Of a stretch of DNA of 64,000 bases, positions 36,430 through 45,832 are shown in pieces. The position numbers and the translations under genes are program-made. Position 1 is the stretch's first letter. Every line of letters begins with the position of its first letter. The stretch is from an uncultured Thermoplasmata archaeon (GTDB lineage: Archaea > Thermoplasmatota > Thermoplasmata > RBG-16-68-12). The notes below the pieces were generated by a model, which saw only the letters and a list, made by a program, of their open reading frames with translations, ran no database searches and was not told the origin of the DNA. The stretch is from NCBI GenBank assembly GCA_963768855.1, contig CAVYJM010000011.1:320001-384000 (forward strand), in the 5' to 3' direction.

Positions 36430-37416
36430 CTACCCCGAATGTGAAACTCGGAAGTGCTCCCATCCGCGGCCCGCGAGCGGCTCCGGTTTCCCCAAAACTA
36501 CCAGGACGTTGGGTCCGGGCTTGCCCACCTTCCCGATGACCGTGAGCGCGTGATGGGTCCCGCGGTGCGGCTCGTTGAGCCGCGCCGCCAGATCCGCGAC
36601 GGCCTCCGGCTTGACCGTGGCCACGAGCTCGAAATCCCCGCCGGAGTAGAGCGCGTACTCCCGCTGACGTTCGAGCGGGGCGGATTCGAGCGGTTTGTAG
36701 AGCGGGACCTTCTCCCACTCGACGGCGTAGGACAGTCCGCTCATCGCCGCCATCTGCGCGAGGCTCAGCCCGAGGCCATCCGAGATGTCCATGCAGCTCG
36801 TCACGACCCCGGAATCGGAGAAGATCTGTCCCTCCGCCACGCGCGGGTACGGATGGAGGAGCTGCTCGAGGCCCTCCGCGCGAGTCGTGGGTGCGGCGAT
36901 CTGCTCGTACGCCAGCCCCGCGCGCCCGAGGTCGCCCGTGACGACGATCGCGTCCCCCGGGCGGGCTCCCTTCCGGAGCAGGATTCGCTCCTTCCGCACG
37001 CGGCCGATCGCGGTGCCCGCGAGGGACATCACGTCGGCCTCCTTCGTGTCCCCCCCGAGCACGGCGACCCCGAACTCGCGCGTGCAGGCCTCCATGCCCT
37101 GCGCGAGCCCCTTGAGGAAGTCGACCTCCGTGGTCGGCGGGAGGGACAAGGCCGCCACGAACCCGAGCGGGCGCGCGCCCGCCGCGGCGATGTCGCTCAA
37201 GTTCACAGCGACGAAGTACCAGCCGACCGCCTCGGGCCGCGAGCCTTCCGGGATATGGGTCCGCGGGTTCACGACGTCCGTCGTGATGACGAGGTAGTCC
37301 TCGCCCCACTCCGCGACGCCGCAGTCGTGCCCCAGGCCGATGGGCTGCCCGCGGTCGAAGATGCGGGTCAGGAGCCGGATCGCCTCGCGCTCGCCGATGT
37401 CGGAGAGCTTCGCCAT
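36430..37416 (-). CDS. thiL: Thiamine-monophosphate kinase
   Basis: GEREAI, GHDC, AVNLSDIAAAGARP, VLGGDT, GARPGD.IVVTG.LG, CMDISDGL, SGGDFELV. Confidence 0.95.
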   Translation of the reverse strand: MAKLSDIGEREAIRLLTRIFDRGQPIGLGHDCGVAEWGEDYLVITTDVVNPRTHIPEGSRPEAVGWYFVAVNLSDIAAAGARPLGFVAALSLPPTTEVDFLKGLAQGMEACTREFGVAVLGGDTKEADVMSLAGTAIGRVRKERILLRKGARPGDAIVVTGDLGRAGLAYEQIAAPTTRAEGLEQLLHPYPRVAEGQIFSDSGVVTSCMDISDGLGLSLAQMAAMSGLSYAVEWEKVPLYKPLESAPLERQREYALYSGGDFELVATVKPEAVADLAARLNEPHRGTHHALTVIGKVGKPGPNVLVVLGKPEPLAGRGWEHFRVSHSG

Positions 37417-37464
37417 CCCCCCCGGGAAGGCGGGGCCGCTACAGAAGACTGTCGCCCGCCGGCG

Positions 37465-37992
37465 TCACGGGGTGGTCCAGGACTCGTCCGTGAGGAGGGA
37501 CGCGTCCGACCAGAGGAGGGAGAAGTCGAAGAAGGTCGTGCTCGGCAGGGACACGCCGTTCCCGGAGACCGTGATCAGGTCGCCCTGGGTGAGCGCGCCT
37601 CCGCTGTCGAGGTCCGACCAGGTAACGCGGTACACGGTCCCGTTGACCGTGACCAGCGCGGGGACCTCGCTCGCGGCGAAGTCGGTCCGGGCTCCGAGCG
37701 TGTCCCCGACCTGCAGGACGAACCGGTAGTTCGGGATCGTGATGGTCCGCGAGGCGCCTGCGACCGAGAAGGTCGTGTTGTATCCGCCGAGGGTGAAGGG
37801 GTGGACGGCCGAGAACGCGACGGTGGGCGGGACGGACGAACCCGTGCTCAGGAGGCCGCTCGCCATGATGTAGAGGACAGCCGCCAGGACGACCGCGATG
37901 GCCACCAGGAGGATCTCGGCGACGACGGGCGAGACCGCATGCCGGTCCGGACGAAGGATGGACCTCATCTCTTCTCGGGTCCAGCGCCCCAT
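37465..37992 (-). CDS. Archaeal type IV pilin (class III signal peptide)
   Basis: RHA|VSPVVAEILLVAIAVVLAAVLYIMASGL pilin N-terminal helix; start 37992 or 37968. Confidence 0.88.
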   Translation of the reverse strand: MGRWTREEMRSILRPDRHAVSPVVAEILLVAIAVVLAAVLYIMASGLLSTGSSVPPTVAFSAVHPFTLGGYNTTFSVAGASRTITIPNYRFVLQVGDTLGARTDFAASEVPALVTVNGTVYRVTWSDLDSGGALTQGDLITVSGNGVSLPSTTFFDFSLLWSDASLLTDESWTTP

Positions 37993-38143
37993 GGAGGTCA
38001 AGTAGCTTCCGGGGCTATTATCCATCTGTGAACTCGGCTGCCCCCGCCGAGGTCGCGGGGAGGGCGCGGGAGGTCCGCGCCGCCAAGGGCTCCCTCTCGT
38101 CGGCCGCAACCTTTTCAAACCACCCCGCGTTGGTCCCCCCCGC

Positions 38144-38215
38144 GCGCCGCTAGTCTAGCCGGTAGGACATAGCCTTGCCAAGGCTATAACTCGGGTTCAA
38201 ATCCCGAGCGGCGCA
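38144..38215 (+). tRNA. tRNA-Gly (GCC), intronless, CCA not encoded
   Basis: Acceptor gcgccgc/gcggcgc, D arm gtct/ggac, anticodon arm tagcc-ttGCCaa-ggcta, T arm tcggg-ttcaaat-cccga, discriminator A. Confidence 0.97.
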
Positions 38216-38305
38216 CTCCTCGGCCCGCCCTCCTTCTGGGCCGCTGCAGGGCCTTTGGGCGAGTCGTTATTATCCTCTCCCCGGGTTCCCGTCCCCGGTC
38301 ATCGC

Positions 38306-39179
38306 ATGGACGAGGGGTTCGTCGATCGTCCGGAGGTGCGGCTCTACTGGCGGAGCGTGGGCGAGGGCGAGCCTCTGCTGGTCCTCCATGGCGGCCCCGC
38401 ACTGTCCCACGAGTACCTCTACCTAGGCCTCGCTCCCCTCCAAGACGTCGCCCGCGTGGTCTTCTTCGACCAGCGCGGCTGCGGGCGATCCAAGAAACCC
38501 CGCGACGGCCACTACGACATGGCGACCCTTGCGGCCGACGTCGAAGGCGTCCGGACCTCCCTGGGCCTCGGGAAGGTGAACGTCCTCGGGTTCTCGTTCG
38601 GCGGGATGCTGGCGCAGGAGTACGCCCTGCGCTACCCCGCGTCCGTCCGCCGGCTGATCCTCGCGGGTGCGGGACCCAGCGGCTCTGACATCAACCGGCG
38701 CCTTCGCGAGGTCAAGGCCGCCGTCTCGCCAGAGATCCGCTCCGTGATCGATCGATACGAACGCGCCGCTCCGTTCACGAGGGGATGCGTATCCGTCCGA
38801 ATACGCCCAGGCGGCCGACGCGGCCTACCGCCCGTTCTCGTTCCACCGCCTGGCAGCGCCTCCACCCGAGGTCGCGGAGATCCTCGGCCACCTCTCGTTC
38901 GACGTGTACAAGGTCCTCTGGGGGGACCGCGGCGAGTTCGAGGTGACGGGTGTCCTCCGGGACTGGGACCGGCTCGAAGATCTGCCGCGGATCTCCGTCC
39001 CGACGCTGATCCTCCTCGGCCGGTACGACCTGACGACCGTGGAGACCGCGCGGGAGATGGAGCGCCGCATCCCGCACTCGAAGCTCGTGGTCTTCGAGGA
39101 GAGCGGGCACTTCATGTATCTCGAGGAACCGGAGACGTTCCTGCGCGAGGTCCGTTCGTTCCTCCGCGGGCCGGGCTGA
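38306..39179 (+). pseudogene. Alpha/beta hydrolase (proline iminopeptidase-like), frameshifted near 38781
   Basis: Frame 1: LHGGP, FDQRGCGRS, GFSFGG. After the GGGG run at 38781-38784 a different frame continues DAYPSEY...LPRISVPTLILLGRYD...SGHF. Confidence 0.8.
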
Positions 39180-39200
39180 GCGACCTTCTTGCGAGTCGGA

Positions 39201-39980
39201 TTAGGCTGGCGCCCCGACGAGGTAGGCGATCAGGAACCCGGCCAGCGCCGACACGATGCCGATGATCAGCATCTGCGTGCCGCTGCGGTACGGCCGGCCG
39301 ACCGTGATCCGCCCCTTGTACCAGCCGATGACGAACAGCACGATCGCCGCGACGATCACGGACCCGATCATCCCCAGGATGACGTCGGAGGAGAACACGA
39401 GGAACGGGAGGAGCGGGATGATCGATCCGAAGATGGCCGCGAAGCCGACGAGGAGCGCGCTCTTCCGCGCCTGGTTGTCCTCGAGAGGGGCGAGGCCGAG
39501 CTCGTGGGCCATCATGAACTCGAGCCAGGCTTTGGGCTTGGAGATGATGTGCCCGACGGCGGCTTCGAGTTCCTTCCCTTCGAAGCCCCACCGCTGGAAG
39601 ACCTCGCGGACCTCCTGCCGCTCGACGTCCGGGAGCTCCTCCATCTCGCGCTGCTCGCGCGCCAGTTCGCCGAGATAGTGGTCCCGCCTCGCCAGGGTGG
39701 ACGTGTAGGCCACCGCGCCCATCGAGATCGACTCGCCGAACGTGGCCGCGAGGCCTCCCGCGAGCACCACCCGGAACACGGCGCTCGAGGGGCCGTACTG
39801 CTGCATGGCCCCCGCGGCGACTCCGAGGAGGACCGCGAGGACGTTCACGATGCCGTCTTGGCTCCCGAGGATGAAGTCGGAGAGCATCCCGGGGTGGGTG
39901 TGCCGCTCCGCCCCCTCCTCGAGCTCTTCCTTCCGCCAGAACGTGAGTCGCGTGACCACGGTCGCTTCCGGGGGGAGCAC
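39201..39980 (-). CDS. VIT1/CCC1-family metal transporter (paralog 1)
   Basis: DFILGSQDG, AATFGESISMGA.AY, E.RE.EE.P..E..E, FMMAHELGL. Confidence 0.93.
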   Translation of the reverse strand: MLPPEATVVTRLTFWRKEELEEGAERHTHPGMLSDFILGSQDGIVNVLAVLLGVAAGAMQQYGPSSAVFRVVLAGGLAATFGESISMGAVAYTSTLARRDHYLGELAREQREMEELPDVERQEVREVFQRWGFEGKELEAAVGHIISKPKAWLEFMMAHELGLAPLEDNQARKSALLVGFAAIFGSIIPLLPFLVFSSDVILGMIGSVIVAAIVLFVIGWYKGRITVGRPYRSGTQMLIIGIVSALAGFLIAYLVGAPA

Positions 39981-40065
39981 CGCGATGGGCCCGATTTAGG
40001 GGTTGCGTCCTTACTATTGTCCGGATACGCATTTTCGGTTGGAGGAGCGAAAGCCGAAACCCTTA

Positions 40066-40875
40066 TCAGATGGGCCCTGCGCCGACGAGGTACGCGATCA
40101 GGAACCCAGCCACCGCGGACGCGATCCCGATCGCGACCATCTCGAGGCCGCTGCGGGCCGGCCGCCCGACCGTGCTCGTGGCCTTGTACCAGCCGATCAG
40201 GAACAGGGCGACCGCGGCGACCAGGACGGACGCGAGCATCCCGGTCAGGATGTCCCCCGGGAAGACCAGAAAGGGGAGGAGGGGGATGACTGATCCGAAG
40301 ATCGCCGCGAAGCCCACCAGGAACGCGCTGTTCCGCGCCTGGCGCTTTTCCACGGGCGTCAGGCCGAGCTCGTGGGCCATCATGAACTCGAGCCACGCCT
40401 TCGGGTTCGAGACGATGTCGTCCGTGACCTGCTCCAGCTTCGCGCCCTGGAACCCCCATTTCTCGAAGACCTCCCGCACCTCCTGCCGCTCGAGGTCGGG
40501 GAGCTCCCGCATCTCGCGCTCCTCCCGCTCCCGCTCCTTCAGGTAGTGGTCCCGCCGGGCAAGGGTCGTCGTGTAGGCGACGGCCCCCATGGAGATGGAC
40601 TCCGCGAACGTCGCGGCGAGCGCGCCCGCGACGACGATCCGGAACGGGTCGGCCAGTTGCTGCGCCAGGGCCTGCTGGTGCGCCGCGATCGCGATCCCGA
40701 GGATCACGCCGAGGACGTTCACGAGCCCGTCCTGGCTGCCGAGGATGAAATCGGACAGGAGTCCCGGCCGGGCGTGCTCCTCGCCCGCGGCCTCCTCTTC
40801 CTGCTTCCGCCAGAACGCCAACCGTGTCGACACCGGCCCACCGTGGGTCCCGAACCGGTCGGGTCTTTTAGCCAT
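40066..40875 (-). CDS. VIT1/CCC1-family metal transporter (paralog 2)
   Basis: Same motifs as paralog 1; start ATG 40875 or GTG 40833. Confidence 0.92.
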   Translation of the reverse strand: MAKRPDRFGTHGGPVSTRLAFWRKQEEEAAGEEHARPGLLSDFILGSQDGLVNVLGVILGIAIAAHQQALAQQLADPFRIVVAGALAATFAESISMGAVAYTTTLARRDHYLKEREREEREMRELPDLERQEVREVFEKWGFQGAKLEQVTDDIVSNPKAWLEFMMAHELGLTPVEKRQARNSAFLVGFAAIFGSVIPLLPFLVFPGDILTGMLASVLVAAVALFLIGWYKATSTVGRPARSGLEMVAIGIASAVAGFLIAYLVGAGPI

Positions 40876-40959
40876 TGCGCTGGCCGCCCTCGGCGGACGG
40901 GGCGAAACCGAACCGGGTCGGGAAGGTATTTCAAGGAAACCTGAGATGCCGCGCCGGCC

Positions 40960-42294
40960 ATGCCCGATTCCCCCCAGGCATCCCCGCTGGCCGAGCTGGA
41001 GCTCGCCCTCGCGGCGTCTCGCTCGGACCGGGCCGCGGACGCTGTCCTCGCGGCCCTCCGGGAGCACGTCGGGCCGGTCGAACTCCTGCGGACCGCGGCC
41101 CGCGTCGCGGCCTCCCGATACGACGCGGCCTCCCGCCTCGCGCCCCACGCCCTCCCGACCCTCGCGGCCGCGGCCGCCCTGCGGGACGCGATGGATCCGC
41201 GTCACGTCCCGCTCGCCCTCCTCCAGGCCGTCGTCCTCGTGGCCGCGGAGAAGAAGCTCCCGGCCCCGCAACGGCCGCCGGCCGTGGTCTCCGGGGAGAT
41301 CACCCACCTGGGCCGCTCCGCCCTCTTGGCCCTCCGCGCAGGCAACCTGTCCGATGCGGAGCCGATCTTCCTGGGGATCGTCGACGAGGGGTGGGAACGC
41401 CGGATGGCGGGGGAGATCCTGTTCCGCGCGGCCGTCGAGGATCCCGGCGAGGGCGGTCACAAGCTCCTCGCGGCCGTCGCGACGTGGCGCCTCGCGCGCG
41501 CGCTGGGCTTCCGCGATGCCCGCACCCTCCTGCGCCCGGCGGTCCAGTATCTCGTGAACGGCGAACCTGCGAAAAGGTCCTATGCGGTAACGATGACCCT
41601 CCTGGGGAAGGAGCGGGCGGACCTCGACACCCTCGCGTCCGGAGGAAGACCCCTCGACGAGCCCGCGCGCGGACGTCTGGCCACCGCGCTCGCGACCCCC
41701 ACGGACGAGGCCTGCGCCGCGGCGATCCTGGGGATGCTGCGCGACGGATACGCGGCGTCCTCCCTCGCACTGGGCATCGGAATCGAGGCGTCCAAGCGGC
41801 TCCTGGCTTCGGAGGGCTACCACCCCGAGCTCGCGCACGTGCTCCTCTGCGCCCACTCCGCCCGGTTCGCCCTCGAGTTCACCCGTTCGAGCGACCGCGT
41901 TTACGCCCTCTTCCGCGCCGCGCTGCGCGTCCGTTCCCCGGCGCCGCACCTCCCCTCCGTCGCCGTCGCCGAGGTCGTGGGCGAGGACGCCGCCCTGAAG
42001 CAGGTCGTTGAGGACCTCGCGTCCCGGAGGCCCCGCGAGGCCGCGGCGCACGTGCGCGTCTACCTGGCGCGCGGCCATCCTGCATCGCGCCTCGTCCCGG
42101 TCCTAGCCTACCACGCAGCCCTGGATTCCTCCCTCGCGAACCAGGGCCACAACCTGCAGCTCGCGGACGCCTGCGTCTCGGAGCACGCCGCGACGGGGGC
42201 CCCCGAGTTCCTCATGGCCCTCGCGAAGAGCGTCGCCGCCTCGCCCAAGGACGTGACCGCCTCGAAGGCGTGGGCCGCGGCCCTCGGCCTCTGA
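40960..42294 (+). CDS. All-helical hypothetical protein with repeated His motifs
   Basis: 444-aa ORF with host codon usage; PHAL, GHKL, AHVL, GHNL segments. Confidence 0.7.
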   Translation: MPDSPQASPLAELELALAASRSDRAADAVLAALREHVGPVELLRTAARVAASRYDAASRLAPHALPTLAAAAALRDAMDPRHVPLALLQAVVLVAAEKKLPAPQRPPAVVSGEITHLGRSALLALRAGNLSDAEPIFLGIVDEGWERRMAGEILFRAAVEDPGEGGHKLLAAVATWRLARALGFRDARTLLRPAVQYLVNGEPAKRSYAVTMTLLGKERADLDTLASGGRPLDEPARGRLATALATPTDEACAAAILGMLRDGYAASSLALGIGIEASKRLLASEGYHPELAHVLLCAHSARFALEFTRSSDRVYALFRAALRVRSPAPHLPSVAVAEVVGEDAALKQVVEDLASRRPREAAAHVRVYLARGHPASRLVPVLAYHAALDSSLANQGHNLQLADACVSEHAATGAPEFLMALAKSVAASPKDVTASKAWAAALGL

Positions 42295-43257
42295 CTACTT
42301 CTTGATCTCCTGGCCGACGAGGGCGAAGTGCGCGAGCAAGGCCTCGATCTGGATCCGCTCGTTGCTGCCTTCGACGAGCCGGTAGTCCGTCTCGCCGATG
42401 CGGTCCAGGAGCCGCACCTTGATTTCGTCGGGCACGTTGAGGTCGAAGACGGACCGGTGCAGCTGGCGCACGACGTCCTCCCCGGAGACGCCGTACTCGA
42501 TGAGCAGCTTGTCGAGGACCTCGCGCGCCTTCAGGAACTCCCCGGCGAGGGCGCGCTCGACGATCTTCTTGACCTCCTCCGGGCGGATCGTGCTGGCCAC
42601 CTTGTACAGGGCGTCCGCGTCGATTGTCGAGCTCAGGGAGGCCGCGACCTGCAGCGAGTTCACCGCGCGCCGCATGTCCCCCTCGGAGATGTACACGAGG
42701 GCTTCCATGCCATCGTCCGTGATCTTCAGCTTCTCCGCCTTCGCGATTCGCGCCAGGTACGCCCGAATCGCCTCCGGCTTCAGCGGACGGAAGCGGAAGA
42801 CCGCGCACCGCGACTGGATCGGCTCGATGATCCGCGAGGAGTAATTCGCGGAGAGGATGAACCGCGAAGTCTTCGAGTACGTCTCCATCGTGCGACGCAG
42901 GGCCGCCTGGGCGTCCGCGGTCAGGTTGTCCGCCTCATCGAGGAAGAGCAATTTGAAGTCCGTGCCGCCGAGGGGCGCGAGGCGGGCGATCTCCTTGATC
43001 TTCGTTCGGACCGTGTCGATCCCGCGTTCATCCGACGCATTGAGCTCGTAGTAGTTCTGCCGCCAGGTCTCGCCGAACAGGTCGCGGGAGAGCGCCATGG
43101 CGCTCGTCGTCTTGCCCGTGCCCGCGGGTCCGGCAAACAGGAGGTGCGGCAGGTTCCGGGAATCGCGGTAGGCCTTGAGCCTCTCCACGATTTCGTCCTG
43201 ACCGACGATATCCTCGAGGGTCTTTGGTCGGTACTTCTCGACCCAGATCTCCTTCAT
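42295..43257 (-). CDS. rfcS: Replication factor C small subunit
   Basis: WVEKYRP, GPAGTGKT, ELNASDERG, DEAD, QAALRRTME, IQSRC. Confidence 0.98.
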   Translation of the reverse strand: MKEIWVEKYRPKTLEDIVGQDEIVERLKAYRDSRNLPHLLFAGPAGTGKTTSAMALSRDLFGETWRQNYYELNASDERGIDTVRTKIKEIARLAPLGGTDFKLLFLDEADNLTADAQAALRRTMETYSKTSRFILSANYSSRIIEPIQSRCAVFRFRPLKPEAIRAYLARIAKAEKLKITDDGMEALVYISEGDMRRAVNSLQVAASLSSTIDADALYKVASTIRPEEVKKIVERALAGEFLKAREVLDKLLIEYGVSGEDVVRQLHRSVFDLNVPDEIKVRLLDRIGETDYRLVEGSNERIQIEALLAHFALVGQEIKK

Positions 43258-43469
43258 CCTGGCCCCAACGTCCGCGGCATCCGGCGGGAGCGTAATAACC
43301 CTTTGCCGGAGGGCCCCGATTGGGACCTTTGGCGTCCCGCCGGTGAGAACCGCTAGGAAGGTTTCAAGACACCTAAATCACATCGACCAGGAGATAGCAT
43401 AGGCCCGCCGGGTCGTCCGGGAGAAGCCGAGGTGCCCCTCCCGCCGCTCCTGCGGAGAGGGACGCTACG

Positions 43470-44306
43470 ATGAAGATCCTGATCGCGGACGACGATGAGC
43501 TGCTGCGGGAGCTCTTGGCGGAGTTCCTTCGGGACCACGGCCACTCGGTCGATCTCGCGAACGATGGGACCGAGGCCCTCGAACGTCTGCGCACAGGCTC
43601 GTACGAGGTTGCGTTCCTCGACTACGCCATGCCTGGCATGTCCGGAATGGAGGTCATCCGCGCCGCGCGCGAGGCGGTTCCGCAAACGGCCTGCGTGATG
43701 ATGACCGGGCACACGAGCGTCACGACGGCCGTGGAGGCGATCAAGTCCGGAGCGAGTGACTTCGTCGCAAAGCCGCTCGAACCAGAGGCGATCGACCGCG
43801 TCCTGGAGAGCGTGAAGACGGCCACCCGAGCGCGGGAGGCGGCCGGGGTACGCTCCCGCGCGAGCGGTCTCTCCCGCCAGCCCGAGATTCGCGCCGCCTT
43901 CCTCACCGACCACGCAGGCCTCCTCATCGCCTCCCGGGTGGACCCGGAAGAGGGCATGGTGGACGGGGATCTCTTCAGCGCGACGCTCGACGTCATCCAG
44001 AACTTCATGCGCACTTCCTTCCCGGTGCTCCGCGGCCGCTCCCTGTCGGCCATCCACCAGGGCGACTGCACCCTCGTGCTCGAGCCCGGCGACCAGGCGC
44101 TCCTCACGGTCCTCGTCCAGGGGCGGGAGACCGAGTCCCTACGGCGTCGGATGCGGAAGGTCCTGCGGGACTTCGAGGTCCAGAACGAAGGGCGACTCCA
44201 AGCCGGTCTCGTCCACACGGACGCGGTCCGTGGAGCGGAGGAGCTGATGTCGAGGATCATGGTCAGCGGCGATTCGCACTCCGCCCGGCCACCGCGCGCC
44301 CCCTAG
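43470..44306 (+). CDS. Response regulator: REC domain + roadblock/longin-like domain
   Basis: KILIADDD, FLDYAMPGMSG, MTGH, DFVAKP; C-terminal DGDLFSATLDVIQNFMRTSFP domain. Confidence 0.9.
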   Translation: MKILIADDDELLRELLAEFLRDHGHSVDLANDGTEALERLRTGSYEVAFLDYAMPGMSGMEVIRAAREAVPQTACVMMTGHTSVTTAVEAIKSGASDFVAKPLEPEAIDRVLESVKTATRAREAAGVRSRASGLSRQPEIRAAFLTDHAGLLIASRVDPEEGMVDGDLFSATLDVIQNFMRTSFPVLRGRSLSAIHQGDCTLVLEPGDQALLTVLVQGRETESLRRRMRKVLRDFEVQNEGRLQAGLVHTDAVRGAEELMSRIMVSGDSHSARPPRAP

Positions 44307-45301
44307 AGGCGAAGGTGGAGAGCCGCGAGGACCTCTTCGATCGGGTTCAGGATCGTCGTCGTGGCCCCGCCGGCGAAGAGCAGGCCGACGGCCCGGTTGG
44401 CGTCGTCGAGGATGAGGGATCCGCTGTCGCCGCCTCGGGACAGGATGTCGCCCACGACCTGGCGCCGGAAGAGGGCGGTCTTCCCGCCGTAGTCGACTTC
44501 GACGGAGGCGTCCAGCGCCGTGATCCGACCCCGCGTCAACCCGGTCGTGCGCCCGCTCTTCTTGACCCGCGTGCCGATTTCCGCTTGGGCGGTCCCCGAG
44601 ACCCGCCCCACTTCGAGGATGTCCGGGGCCACGAGGTCCGTTGCGAGCGGCCGGGCCAAGGCCGCATCGACCACGTTCGTGTTCGCGGATGGCAGGCGGC
44701 GCACCCCGAGCCCGATGGGCGCCAGGAGTGGTCCGAGCGCCCGTTCCAGGAGGCGTCCCAGTCCGCCCAGATCCTGCTCGCGAAACTGGATCGGGACGAA
44801 CTCGACGAGCTCCGCGATCGCATCCTGCGGACGCCCTCCGTCGTACGGACCGGGCTGAAGGATTCGGTCGCCCACCTTGGCCTCGTTGCTGTTTGCGAGC
44901 ACGTGGTTGTTCGAGAGGATGACCGCCTCGCCCGACGTCCGCCGCGCGAGGACGCCCAGCGTCCCTGCGGTGACCCGCTCATGGGCGATGCTCACGCCGC
45001 CCGGCGCGGGCCGGACCTTGGCGGTGTGACTCACCGCGAGCGTCTCGAGGAGGGGCAGGGCCCGGAACCGCCCGGTCTCCACGACGTCCGTCCGGATGCC
45101 GTCGAGGGCCTTCGGCACGAGGTCCCTCCGCCGCAGGCGGTCCTCGTCCTCCTTATGGTCCACATAGACGACGACGCACGGCTCGTCGCTCTCGCGACCT
45201 CCGGTGACCTTGCGGCCCACCGCCACGCCGACCACGTTCGCGCGGTCGAAGAGCTCCGCCTCGTACGCGGCCTTCGCCTCGCGTGCCCCGTCGAAGGCCA
45301 T
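44303..45301 (-). CDS. Trypsin-like (Nal1-type) serine protease without signal peptide
   Basis: N-terminal NVVGVAVG.K...VVYV..K prodomain; AGTLG, LSNNHV (His), VDAAL (Asp), K.GRTTGLT.G, GDSGS (Ser). Confidence 0.88.
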   Translation of the reverse strand: MAFDGAREAKAAYEAELFDRANVVGVAVGRKVTGGRESDEPCVVVYVDHKEDEDRLRRRDLVPKALDGIRTDVVETGRFRALPLLETLAVSHTAKVRPAPGGVSIAHERVTAGTLGVLARRTSGEAVILSNNHVLANSNEAKVGDRILQPGPYDGGRPQDAIAELVEFVPIQFREQDLGGLGRLLERALGPLLAPIGLGVRRLPSANTNVVDAALARPLATDLVAPDILEVGRVSGTAQAEIGTRVKKSGRTTGLTRGRITALDASVEVDYGGKTALFRRQVVGDILSRGGDSGSLILDDANRAVGLLFAGGATTTILNPIEEVLAALHLRL

Positions 45302-45305
45302 GCGA

Positions 45306-45596
45306 TCACTTCTCGTGGGAGCGGAACGCGCTGATCTCCAGGAGGCCTTCGCCGAGCTTCCCGCCCGCGGTGATCCCCGCGACCCGGACGATCATGTTCG
45401 CGACGAAGCCCAGGAAGATGCCGATGCCGTAGTACGCGAGCAGGTCCTTCGCGTACAGCCACGAGATCAGGCTCACGCCGAACCCGATCACGAAGAACGC
45501 GGCGAACGCGCCCCACTGGACCTTGTACCTCCGCACCGCGAAGAGGAGGAACCAGCCCAGGACCGAGCCCATGAGCAGGATGCCGACTTGGTTCAC
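45306..45596 (-). CDS. Small membrane protein (about 3 TM)
   Basis: 96-aa hydrophobic ORF ending 4 nt before the protease start on the same strand. Confidence 0.75.
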   Translation of the reverse strand: MNQVGILLMGSVLGWFLLFAVRRYKVQWGAFAAFFVIGFGVSLISWLYAKDLLAYYGIGIFLGFVANMIVRVAGITAGGKLGEGLLEISAFRSHEK

Positions 45597-45832
45597 ATCG
45601 ATCGAGATCCCTCCGGATGGGGTCGCCGAGTCGACGGACGTTGGATAAACGGACCTCCGCGGTTCTCATGCGCAGTAACCGCGGCGCGTCCGGCTGCCGA
45701 TATCCGACAACCTCTGGCACCGCGTCTTGAGGCCCTCTCGCAACCCGCGCCGAAGCCGGCGCACTCCCTGCCGGTCAGTAGCGGCGTCCCGAAATCCTGA
45801 AGCTTTCTCAACATCCTCCGGGCGTCGGAGGG

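Noticed and set aside
42295-43257. Possible intein in RFC small subunit
   Set aside because: The 320-aa protein is continuous through the usual insertion sites.
38144-45800. tRNA-Gly as the integration site of an island
   Set aside because: No integrase, no duplicated tRNA 3' end, and downstream genes look host-like.
45600-45830. Possible ncRNA between the 3-TM gene and the zinc-ribbon membrane gene
   Set aside because: Only short GC hairpins (gcgccg/cggcgc), with no SRP, RNase P or riboswitch signature recognised.
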